Source: an uncultured Chloroflexia bacterium
GTDB taxonomy: Bacteria > Chloroflexota > Anaerolineae > Anaerolineales > UBA11579
DNA length: 64,000 bases
Assembly (NCBI GenBank): GCA_963722735.1
Contig: CAVROH010000013.1
Location: forward strand, 2,942 to 66,941
Reading direction: 5' to 3'
How positions within the stretch are numbered: position 1 is the first letter of the stretch; the number at the start of each line of letters is the position of its first letter. This document shows positions 10,663 to 21,511 of the stretch, in pieces. A program made the translations under genes and the position numbers. The notes beneath the pieces were generated by a model. That model worked only from the letters and a program-made list of their open reading frames with translations, made no database searches and was not told the origin of the DNA.

Positions 10663-11430
10663 ATGACGATGAACGAGAAACCAAACCTGATTATAAGACG
10701 TTACCGGATTATTGATCTATCTGGTTGGCGTAGTTCTGGCACTGGCATTGCTGACCCTGGTCATCTGGCCGGATATTGAGGCCAGCACCTTCGACTCAGC
10801 CATCGGGGCGGATACAGCCCTGCGCAGCCTGCACTGCCCGGCATTTATTACCAAGGATGAGATCGGGACGATCTCCGTCCGCGTGGATAATCCCAGTGAT
10901 CGTGAAGCGAACCCGACGGTGCGCGCCCGGATTACCAAGGGATATATCACCTTTGTACAGGAATACCGCGAGAAAGTGGTAGTTGCGCCAGGCGGCTCTG
11001 AGAAGGTGGAGTGGCAGGTGGAGCGCAAGGATGCCGCTTACGACCGGATGATCCTGGGGCGTTTCTACCAGTTACGCAACTATTCGCTCCCATCGCGAAT
11101 GTCAACCTGCGGCATCTATGTGCTGCCATTCTCCGGCCCAAGCGGTCAGCAGGTTCTGATCGGTACGTATGCCGCCAGCCTGGTGCTGATGGCGGTGGGG
11201 CTGATCCTGATGCTGCCCAAAGACCGCAAGAAATTAATGTATTCAGCCAATGAGAGCAGTGTCCGGCAGCGCAAAAGACTGAAGGCGTTTGCCTATTTGG
11301 GCGGCTTATTGCTGGTGGGTACGCTGATCGCCTTGATCGGTGAACGCTGCTGAGCATTATCTTGGCTGTGCTGGTGGCGACTTCGATGATTGCCGTGTTT
11401 TCTTATGCGCTGATCTCCCATTAGCCGGGA
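10663..11430 (+). CDS. Hypothetical membrane protein with extracytoplasmic Ig-like segment (ends approximate)
   Basis: ORF 10712..11353 plus frameshifted ends; N-terminal TM, beta-rich middle, C-terminal TMs. Confidence 0.6.
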
Positions 11431-11540
11431 TGAATTCCTGCTGGTAGGTGTGGTAATATAATTCAGGCTGAGGCAGATTGCTCTGGTAATCGGCCTGGCC
11501 TGATTTTTTATTGCAGGGAAAAGAAACCATCCAGAAAACC

Positions 11541-12125
11541 ATGAAACTCTTTCCAAAGCTTACAAAGGCAGAAACACTCACTCTGCTGCTGGTGTGCGCC
11601 TTTCCGGTCCACCTCTGGGCGATCATAATCCTGATCTATGATCTGTCCTGGTATCTTCAAAAGCGGAGTTTAGGTTTCTTCCTGGGGGTCTCTGGTTATG
11701 GTCTGGGCTTTGCCATTCTGGAGAGCCTGGTATTCTTTGGATTCATCTATTTGCTCACATTTTTATTTCCCAGGAGTTGGCAGGGGAGCACACCGATAGC
11801 CATTGCCAGTACCGCGGCATTGGTGATCGCTTTTTGGGCGATTATAAATAAGGTGTTCCTGTGGACCTCGGAAATCTCCCCAGCCTGGTTTGAGTGGATC
11901 ATGCTGCGGGCGTATTACCGCCAACCGCAACTCTACCCGATCTTCTGGATCGTCCTGTTGAGTTCAGCGGTCTTCCCGTTCTTTGTCCTGCCGCGCTGGG
12001 GAAAAGGCCAGAAGGGGATGATCGCCCTCACCGAAAAGCTCACCATCCTGGTGCCGATCTATTTACTCTTCGATCTGATCGGGATCGGGGCTGCCATCAC
12101 CCGCGTGATCAGTTACGGTATATAA
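11541..12125 (+). CDS. Hypothetical polytopic membrane protein (sulfatase-associated)
   Basis: About 5 hydrophobic segments; ends 5 bp before the sulfatase-like gene. Confidence 0.7.
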   Translation: MKLFPKLTKAETLTLLLVCAFPVHLWAIIILIYDLSWYLQKRSLGFFLGVSGYGLGFAILESLVFFGFIYLLTFLFPRSWQGSTPIAIASTAALVIAFWAIINKVFLWTSEISPAWFEWIMLRAYYRQPQLYPIFWIVLLSSAVFPFFVLPRWGKGQKGMIALTEKLTILVPIYLLFDLIGIGAAITRVISYGI

Positions 12126-12130
12126 CCAAT

Positions 12131-13666
12131 ATGAAGATCCAGGATCTCTCCCGCCGTGATTTTCTGAAATTAGCCTCTTTGGCTTCGTTCAGTTCGGTCA
12201 TCCCTCGCCAGATGGTCCAGCAGTCTGAGAAACCCAATATCATCGTGGTCGTATTTGATGCCTGGAGCGCTAATAATATCGGGCTGTACGGATATCTGCG
12301 CCAGACGATGCCAAAGCTGGCTGCCCTGGCGGAGAAGGCGATCGTGTATCACAACCACTATGCTGCCGGCCCGTGGACGGTCCCCGGTACTGCCAGCCTG
12401 CTGACCGGCACTTACCCGTGGACTCACCGCTGCATCAGCATGGACCAGATCCAGATCGCCGACGCCGGAAAACAATCTCTTCCGGCTGATGAAGGAGGCC
12501 GGCTATGCTTCGGTGGCGGCTACCCATAATATGTATGCCGACAACATCCTCTCCCAATTCAACCGCTGGCTGACGCTCCACCCGCGCTTCACAGAGCTGT
12601 TCCTGCCGACCCGCTTCCCGTTTACCCGTCTGTTCAGGAAGGATATTGAGGTGACTGCCCTGGCCCAGCAAATGGCGATCTGGAACGTTCAGCCGGGCCG
12701 CCAGAGTTCTATTTTTCTGGGTGAGTTCTTCAAAAAAATGATCCAGGCCAACCTCGACCGGATCAATCAGGAGTACGGAGATCAATTTCCGGATGGTGTT
12801 CCCCAGATCCCGGTGCTGGATATGCCCTTCCTGCTGGAGGATGGGATCGACCACCTGTTGACAACCGCAAGCGCTTTCGCCCGGCCCCAATTGAGCTATT
12901 ATCATTATTATCCCCCGCACCAGCCCTACCGCACCCGGGTTGAATTCGTTGATGCTTTTAAGAATGACGGGGTCACATTCCCTGAGAAGCCGTTGTCCCA
13001 CATCTCCGAGGGGAAGACCCATCCGCAAGAGCTGCGCTCCCGGCAGGATTATGATGCAAGCCTGCTGTATGTGGATGCGGAAATTGAGCGCTTATACCAG
13101 GGGCTGGAAGCAAACCGGACAACTGGAGAACACCTGGCTTGATGTTGACCTCGGATCATGGGGAAATATTCGAACGCGGCAACATCGGCCATGAGACCCC
13201 AATGGGGTACGAACCGCTGGTGAAGGTGCCATTGCTGATCTTCCCGCCCGGGACAGCAAACCGGTGTCGATATCCACGCCACCACCGGGGCGGTGGATGT
13301 GCTGCCGACCTTGCTGCAGCTTGCCGGACAGCCGATCCCGGATTGGGTGGAAGGGGCAGCTTTACCTCCATTTATTGAAATCGGTTCTACGCCAGACCGG
13401 GCTGTATTTTCAGCGGACGGGATGATGATCAAGGCAAAACAACCTTTCTCCCAGGGGTCTGTCACTATGGTCCGGATGGGATCAAATTGATCTTTACCTT
13501 TGAAGAGGATCGTCTGGACGCCAGCGGCCATGTGCTGGAATTGTACGATCTGGCTGCCGACCCGGAGGAACTGAATAACCTGTACACGGACACTCACTCC
13601 GCTGCCCGGCAGATGCTGGCAGAAATGCAGGCACAGATCGAGCGTGCCGACCAGCCGTACAAGTAA
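12131..13666 (+). CDS. Tat-exported sulfatase-like hydrolase/transferase (frameshifted)
   Basis: Tat motif SRRDFLK; KPNIIVVVFDA, WTVPGTASLLTG, YYPPHQPY, TSDHGE and ELYDLAADPEE. Confidence 0.85.
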
Positions 13667-13672
13667 TCTCAG

Positions 13673-14569
13673 ATGAAAACCCCGCAAAAGACCAAACGCG
13701 TGCCGAAAATTTTGCTGGCCGACCTGGGGCTGGTGTACGCCAGCGCCATCTGGGGCAGCACCTTCATCATGGTGAAGAACAGCCTCGATTCACTGGACCC
13801 GGTGACTCTGGTGGCTTACCGCTTTTTGCTGGCCGCCGCCCTGATGGGCGCTTATCTGCTGTGGCGGGGCAAGCCGCTGTTCCGGAATTTTATGCCCGGG
13901 CTGATCCTTGGAGTGGTGCAGATGTTCCTCTACATCCCGCAGACGATCGGGCTGAAGTTCACCACCGCGGCCAATTCAGGGTTCATCACCGGGCTGTTCG
14001 TGGCTTTCGTGCCCCCGCTCTCCCTGCTGATCCCCCGGCAGAAGCCGCGCCCGATCCCAGTGGGTCGCGATAGCCATCTCACTGGTGGGGCTGTGGCTGG
14101 TGACCGGCGGAATGGACTCGGTGAATGTGGGGGACCTGATCACCCTTTCGGCGGCGTTCACTTATGCGCTGCACGTGATGTTGTCCGACCGCTACATCCG
14201 GGATCACCGATCACTGAGCAGCTGGTCTTCCAGCAGTTCCTGGTGGTGGGGGTGCTGAGTCTGGCGGTGTCGGCGATCTTCAGACTGCCGTTGGCGGTGC
14301 CGAATCTTGGGGCGGGTGGGGTGATCGTCTTTCTGGCGCTGTTCCCGACCCTGTCGGCCTACCTGGTGCAATTCAAGGCGCAGACGGTCACCTCTCCGAT
14401 CCGGGTTTCGCTGATCTTTGCCCTGGAGCCGGTGTTTGCCGGGGTATTTGCCTGGACGGTGGGCCGGGAGGCATTTGAGCCGCTGAATGCCCTCGGCGGG
14501 CTGCTGATCTTCCTGGCGGTGGTGGTCAGTACGGTGCAGCGGCAGCCTGAGTTCGGGGATCGGCGGTAA
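13673..14569 (+). CDS. DMT/EamA-family transporter
   Basis: IWGSTF, QTIGLKFTTAANSGFITGL and LIFALEPVFA. Confidence 0.88.
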   Translation: MKTPQKTKRVPKILLADLGLVYASAIWGSTFIMVKNSLDSLDPVTLVAYRFLLAAALMGAYLLWRGKPLFRNFMPGLILGVVQMFLYIPQTIGLKFTTAANSGFITGLFVAFVPPLSLLIPRQKPRPIPVGRDSHLTGGAVAGDRRNGLGECGGPDHPFGGVHLCAARDVVRPLHPGSPITEQLVFQQFLVVGVLSLAVSAIFRLPLAVPNLGAGGVIVFLALFPTLSAYLVQFKAQTVTSPIRVSLIFALEPVFAGVFAWTVGREAFEPLNALGGLLIFLAVVVSTVQRQPEFGDRR

Positions 14570-14744
14570 AAAATCTCTAATGAAACCTTGATATTCCTGC
14601 TCCCCAAATCTGGTTTTCTGTGGCTTAATCGCAAGGTGCTGGAGAGAGAAATAACCCTAAGTTGCCGCTTCACCCCAGACTGGGCTGATTGTCTGTGTGG
14701 GAAGACGACAACTTTGATTTTTTAACCAGAATTTGGAAGGTGAT

Positions 14745-15710
14745 ATGAAAATTAAAACAAAATGGATGTTTTTGCTGGCTCTGATGTTGGTGATGGTCCT
14801 GGCTCTGGCTGCCTGTGGCGGCAGCGGGGATGCCCCCGAGGATGAGAACTATGCCGTCACCCAGGTGGTAGAGACGGCGATGGCGGCGATCTCGCAGACT
14901 GCTGCTGTGCAGTCGCCGACCCCTAATAACACACCAACTTTCACCCCGGCACCGACAGAAACCCCCGCGCCGACGGCGACTACTGCTCCGGTGGCAACCC
15001 TGCCGTCAATCCCGACCAGTACCAGCGTTTTCCAGCAGCCCGGCACGAATGTCTCGACCTGTGATATCGGCGGGTTCGTGAAGGATGTGACCATTCCGGA
15101 CGGCACCAATATGGCTACCGGGGCCAAGTTCACCAAGACCTGGGAGATCAAAAATATCGGCACCTGCACCTGGAACAAGAATTACCAGATCATATTCTAT
15201 GGCGGTGACCAGATGGCGGCTGATACCATCTTCACTTTCACTGATAAGGATATCGAGCCGGGTGAGTCCGTGCAAATCTCGATCGAGATGACCGCACCGG
15301 AAAAGACCGGTAACTTCCAAAGCTACTGGATCTTCAGGAACGATGTGGGGCAGAACTTCTTTGTGGATGGCAGCTCGATCTATGTCCAGATCTCTGTAGG
15401 GATCACCGCCACGCCGACCAAGACCACCAGAGCCGAATGATCCGCCCACACTCCAGATCGATTCGCCGGTGATTGCGTAACGATTATCCGTCGGAGACTG
15501 TGACCACCTTCACCGGGACTGCTTCCGATCCCGCAGGATGGGGATATTTCCACCTCGATTGTGTGGAAATCGGACATTGATGGAGTTCTGGGCACCGCGG
15601 CCAGCCTGAATTTCACCCTGAGCGAAGGTTCGCACACGATCACCGCCTCGATCACAGACAGTGGGGGAGCAAAGGTGGAGAAGACGGTCACTATCGTGGT
15701 CAACCCATAG
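14745..15710 (+). CDS. Lipoprotein with Thr/Pro-rich linker, NBR1-like Ig domain and C-terminal PKD/Ig-like domain
   Basis: Lipobox LALAAC; DVTIPDGT...FTKTWEIKNIGTCTW (NBR1-Ig); then FTGTASDPQDGDIS..IVWKSD..G...LSEGSHTITA after a frameshift. Confidence 0.8.
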
Positions 15711-15734
15711 CCATCATCAGGCAATTGATGAAAT

Positions 15735-15770
15735 AAACAGGCGTGACCGACTATCGGTCACGCCCGTTTT
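15735..15770. terminator. Bidirectional terminator hairpin
   Basis: AAACAGGCGTGACCGA-cta-TCGGTCACGCCCGTTT between convergent genes. Confidence 0.75.
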
Positions 15771-15790
15771 GATTTATAGGGAATGCCAGA

Positions 15791-16836
15791 TTACTTATCC
15801 AGCCGTTCCTTCAACGCCGCGGTCAGCGGGGGCAGGATCTGGTAGAGATCGCCGACCACGCCAAAGCGGGCGTATTTGAAGATCGGGGCATCAGCGTCCT
15901 TATTGATCGCCACGATCACCTTGCTGGAGCGCATCCCGGCGAGGTGCTGGATCGCCCCGGAGATGCCGCTGGCAATGTACAGATCGGGGGAGACGACCTT
16001 GCCGGTCTGCCCGACCTGGTGGGTGTAGGGGATATAGCCGGCATCCACAGCGGCGCGGCTGGCGCCGACAGCGCCACCCAGCACAGCCGCCAGATCGTTG
16101 ATCAGCTTGAACCCCTGCTGCGCCTTCCAGATCTCTTTCTCTGCGTCATCGGTGATCTCGGCGGGCGGGTCTGCAGGGTTGTTGCTCGTGCCGCGGCCGC
16201 CAGAGACGATCACATTGGCATCCGTCAGGCTGACGCCGCCTTCCGCTTCCTGATAGCCGGTGACCTTGAGCTTGACTCATCCTCTGCCATGGCGGCAGGG
16301 ATTTTGGTGACGGTGCCGCTGCGACCTGCATCGGCGACGGGCTTCTCAAAGGCGCGCCCGCGCAGGGTGACCAGTCTGCGGGTTTGGCAGCACATACCAC
16401 CTCTGAGAGCAGCTTGCCGGCATACACCGGGCGGATGGCAGTAACTTTATCGCCATCCAGCTTGATCTCGGTGACATCCACCAGCACGCCGGTGTTCAGG
16501 TCAATGGCGGCCATCCCGGCGATCTCGCGTCCCCGGGTGGTGGTGGGGAACAGGAAGATATCGGGTGCAGCTTCACCGGCAGCTTTCGCCAGCACGGCGG
16601 CATAGGGGTTGGCGCGGTAGTCTGCCAGGCTGGGGTCATCTGCCAGCAGGACTTCATCAGCGCCGTATTCGATGGCGGTCTTGGCCGAGCGGTTCGATCT
16701 CGCTGCCGATCACCAGCACGGTCAGGCCGGAGCCGAGCTGATCGGCCAGCTTGCGTCCGGTGAACACCACTTCCCAGGAAGCGGGAAGCGCCTGGCCTTT
16801 GAAATGGTCTACGTATGCCCATACTTTGTTCGCCAT
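15791..16836 (-). CDS. etfA: Electron transfer flavoprotein alpha subunit
   Basis: [32 protein letters not shown] and AINKD. Confidence 0.93.
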
Positions 16837-17612
16837 CACAGCACCTTCTCTTCCATGATCTTGTCGGCCAATTTGGCAGCGATCTCTTCCGGGCTGCCGC
16901 CTTCGATGATCTCGTTGGTGACCTGCGCGCTCCGGCGGGGCCATCACATTCGGCCAGGAGACCAGCGCAGCCGGGAACTTCGATCCCGGTATCGGCGACA
17001 GTCCATTCTGGCACTTCGGCCCGGGCAGCTTTGCGGATCCCCATGAAGGAGGGATAGCGCGGCTCGCCGTAGTCCTTGACGATGCTGAGTACCACCGGGA
17101 GGGAGGCTTCGACCTGCTGGCGGCCTTCTTCCATGGCGCGGGCGGCCTTGATCTGCGCTGTCGCTGCACTCGCTGATCTCAGAGACCAGGGTGAGGGCCG
17201 GCCAGCCGAGCAGACGGGCAACCATCGCCGGGGTAGCGCCGACATCGCTGTCGATCGCCTGCTTGCCGAAGACGACAATATCTGCATCGCCGATCTTCTG
17301 GATGGCGGCGGCCAGCACCCGGGCAACTGCCTGGGTATCGGCGCCAGCCATGGCAGGATCATTGACCAGGATGGCTTCACTGCAGCCCATTGCAAGGGCA
17401 TGCTTGATCGCCTCTTTGGCGTTTTCGTCCCCGAGGGAGAGGGCCACTACCTCACCGCCCTGTGCCTCAGTCAGACGCAGTGCGGCTTCAACGGCGTATT
17501 CGTCCCAGGGATTGATCACCAGGGGCGCATCTCCCCAGGAGATCTTGCCATCTTCCACCGACATGGTGGCGGCGGAGTCTGGCACCTGTTTGACACATAC
17601 AATGATCTTCAA
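16836..17612 (-). CDS. etfB: Electron transfer flavoprotein beta subunit
   Basis: KIIVCVKQVPD, INPWDEYAVE, GKQAIDSD and EPRYPSFMGI. Confidence 0.93.
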
Positions 17613-17699
17613 GTCTTCCTCCTTATCTAATAGTGAATGACTGAGGTCATCCAACTGCTGCCGGATCTAGATGTCCGGCAGCAGACAATCACTAATTAA

Positions 17700-18915
17700 T
17701 TATGCTTCTTCCTGCCAGAGATCCGGGTCGTAGGCGGGGAGTTCACAGCGCAGCGGGCGGTCCTTGCGGTAGCCAAGGGCGTAGTCCGCCTGCATCAGGG
17801 TGTGGACTTCGCTGGTGCCTTCATAGATCACCGCACCCTTGGAGTTGCGCAGGAAGCGCTCGACGGGGTATTCATCACTGAAGCCGTAAGCCCCATGCAC
17901 CTGGACAGCCTCGGAAGCGGCGGTGAAGGAAGCGTCGGTGGCAAACCACTTGGCCATCGAGGTCTCTTTGGTGTTGCGCAGGCCCTGGTTCTTCATCCAG
18001 CCGGCCTTCAGGATAAGCATACGGGCCATTTCATAGTCGCGCTTCATGTGGGCGATCTTCTGTTTGATCAGCTGGAAATTGCCAATCGGGCGGCCAAAGG
18101 CTTCGCGTTCATGGGCATATTTCACACTGGCATCCAGGCTGGCGCGGATCAGGCCAGTTGCCCCGGCGCCGACGGTGTAGCGCCCATTATCCAGGCAGGA
18201 CATGGCGATCTTGAAGCCTTCGCCTTCCTCGCCGATGCGGTTCTCTTCCGGGATGCGCACATCCTGCATCGCCACCCAGCCGGTGGAACCGGCGCGCACA
18301 CCCAGCTTGCCGTGGATATCGCCAGTAGTTACGCCTCGCGGTCGGTTTCGACCATGAAGGCGGTCAGCCCGCTGAAGATTTGTCAGCTTCAGAATCTGTG
18401 CGGGCGACAACCAGCACATTGTGGGCTTTGGTCGCCAGAGAGATCCACATCTTCTCACCATTGAGGATGTAATCACTGCCGTCCTTGACGGCGGTGCTGG
18501 CCATGGCGGCCACATCGGACCCGGCACCCGGCTCGGTGAGACCAAAGGCGGCATACTTCTCGCCTTTTGCCTGCGGCACCAGGAAGCGCTGCTTCTGCTC
18601 TTCGGTGCCCCACTGCGAGCAGACCCATGCTGTTCAGCCCCATATGCACGGACATGACCACCCGCAGGGTGGTGTCGGCGTATTCCAATTCTTCACAAAC
18701 CAGGCCAAGGGTGATGTAGTCGAATCCCTGTCCCCCATATTTGACGGGGATATTGATCCCCAGGATGCCCAGTTCTGCCCATTCTGGGCAGAATGTGCGG
18801 GGCCATTTCCTGCTTCTGGTCCCACTCTGCGATCGTGGGGATCACTTCTTTGTGGGCAAAGTCCCGCACCATCTTTTGCAGCCATCCGATGTTCATCAGT
18901 CAGGTTAAAGTCCAT
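17700..18915 (-). CDS. Acyl-CoA dehydrogenase
   Basis: [38 protein letters not shown] and IYEGTSEV. Confidence 0.93.
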
Positions 18916-19173
18916 TATCTTCCTCTAGGTTGAATTTACAGCCTATCCAGAACAATGGCGCGCCTCAAAACATCTGCCATTTTCTGGCTCTTCAGGCTGC
19001 ATCAGGAATTCCATTATAACATTTGTGAGGTGTGATTGGGAATTTGGGATTGGCGACGAAGCAATCTCCAGTTGTTGGCTGGCAGGTGTAGAGAGGTTCC
19101 TTCATCTTTGCAGTTTCGCTGACCCCAGTTTTTCTGACCCGGCTTCGCAAGGGCACTGCGAGGTGGATGCTTT

Positions 19174-19206
19174 TATCTGTGCGCATCTGTCTCCATCTGT
19201 GGCGAA
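19174..19206. repeat. Solo copy of the GxxExxY-associated 10-bp-periodic repeat
   Basis: TATCTGTGCGCATCTGTCTCCATCTGTGGCGAA; compare 29768-29801. Confidence 0.7.
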
Positions 19207-19316
19207 AATTTTTAGGTCTTCTGCGCATGTACACATTTATCCCCAGCGTGTATACTGGTACCAATATTCGATAGAAGGCACAGGCTGGCTGTGGTCCGCT
19301 TGGGCGCTGATCTGTT

Positions 19317-21496
19317 ATGGCTGATACTGAAAAAGACCTCCCCGAATTTACCGAACCCTCTGTTTTGGATTATGTGCGTGCCCGGCTGATGCCCTGGCGC
19401 GGGCCTGCTCCTGAGATCCCGGAAGCGCCGACTGAAGGTGTCTACTGGCTGGCGGAAACTGACCTGGGCGGAGGCATGGACTTGCCCCGCGAGCGGGTCG
19501 CCGACCGGCTGCCGGCGAAATCTCTGGGGGCGCTGGCTTTGGCCCTTTTGGGGCAGTTTTTCCTGATGCCGCCGCTGCGCCAGCCGCTGGTGGGGAGCTT
19601 CTTCTTCATTTTGGCGGTGGGCGTGCTGATCTGGGCAGTCAACAGCGGGGAATTGACGCTGGCCGCGCCGCAGCCATCCGAGGAGAGCACCGACCGGTTT
19701 GAGGTGCGGGTGCGCCCGCTGATCGCCGGGATTATCGTGCTATTTCTGGCCTTCTGGGCTTTCTCCAAAAATCCGCAGAGTGGCGAATTCCTCTACACCG
19801 GGTTGAATCTTATGCTGTGGTTCACGGGGATCGGGCTGGTGCTGTGGGCGTTGTGGATGCCCGTTCCCGATTGGGCCGGGCTGTGGGAGAAGGCCAAAGG
19901 CTTTTTCAGGCGCGAGAACTGGGAGATCAAGATCACACCGCATGCGCTGCTGGTGGTGCTGGTCTTCCTGGTGGCGGTGTTCTTCCGCACATACTCGGGT
20001 GGGAGATGTGGTGCCGGAGATGTTCAGCGACCATGCCGAAAAGCTGCTGGATGTCTATGATGTGCTCCAGGGACATTCCAAGATCTTCTTTGAGCGCAAT
20101 ACCGGGCGCGAGGGATTGCAGTTCCATCTGATCGCCTGGACGGTCAAGCTGTTTGGCACCGGGATCTCGTTTTTGAGCATGAAGATCGGGACGATCTTCT
20201 TCGGTATCTTCATGCTGCCGTATATTTATCTGCTGGGCAAGGAACTGGCGAATAAGAATGTTGGCCTGATGGCGATGTTGTTGACCGGGGTGTCCTACTG
20301 GCCGAACGTCCTCGCCCGGGTGGCGCTGCGTTTCATTCTCTACCCGGCCTTTGCCGCCCCCACGTTGTATTACCTGGTGCGCGGGCTGCGCACCGGCAAA
20401 CGCCATTATTTCATCCTCAGCGGCATCTTCCTGGGGATTGGTCTGCATGGGTACAGTCCTTTCCGGGCAGTGCCGGTGCTGGTGGTGATTGTGATGCTGT
20501 TGTATTGGCTGGAACGGCGTGAGAGCAACCGCTTCGACCGGGCATTTGTCTGGCTGGGGATCGTGGCGTTCGTCTCATTGGTCATCTTCCTGCCCCTGCT
20601 GCGGGTATGGACCCAGGATCCCGAGATTATTCAATTACCGGATGGCCTCCCGCCTGACGGCTTTGGAAGCCGGTGATCAGATGGCCCAGGGCTGGGCTTT
20701 GGTGGGCGTGTTCATTAAGAATGTGTGGGATGGGCTTGCTGATGTTCAACTGGAACAGCGGTGAGATCTGGGTGAATACGATTGTGAATACTCCCAGCCT
20801 GGAACTGGTTTCCGGGGCGGCGTTGATCATCGGCGCGGTGCTGGTGATCGGCCGGTATGCGCGGGACGCCAGTGGGAAGACGGCCTGCTGCTGTGGGGGA
20901 TCCCGATCCTGATGCTGCCCTCGACGCTTTCGCTGGCTTTCCCGCATGAGAACCCGGCCCCCAACCGGGCCGGTGGAGCGATGATCATGGTCTTTATCCT
21001 GGCGGCAATGGGGATCGAGGCGGTGCTGCGGGCGGTGCGCCAGCGGACTGGCGGGGTATTAGGCCTCCGGCTGGCAGTCGTGCTGGGGATTGGCTTGATG
21101 TTGATCTCCGTGGGGCAGAATTACCATCTGACCTTCACGACCTTCCCAGAGAATTACATCCCGAATTCCCGCGATACCTCCGAGATGGGCGCCGTGATCG
21201 CCCAGTTCACTGATACAGTTGGGTCTCCGGACCAGGCCTGGGTGGTGGCGTACCCGCATTGGGTCGATACCCGCCTGGTGGGGATCAATGCCGGCTTCCC
21301 GATCAAGGATTTCGCCATCTGGGAGGAAGATCTGGATGAGACCTTGCTGGTCAGCTCCCCCAAGTTGTTCCTGCTGAAGCTGGATGATAAGTACCGGGCT
21401 GGACGAGGCTGCAGGAGCTTGTATCCCGAAGGCAAGTTCTCGGTTTATCCGACCGAATACCCGGTGCATAGTTTCATTATTTATTCTGTCCCATAA
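19317..21496 (+). CDS. GT-C fold glycosyltransferase (PMT/GT39/ArnT-like; frameshifted)
   Basis: Polytopic; MFSDHAEK, FFERNTGRE, LGIGLHGYSPFR and a C-terminal soluble domain. Confidence 0.75.
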
Positions 21497-21511
21497 GTTG
21501 AGCCGATACGT

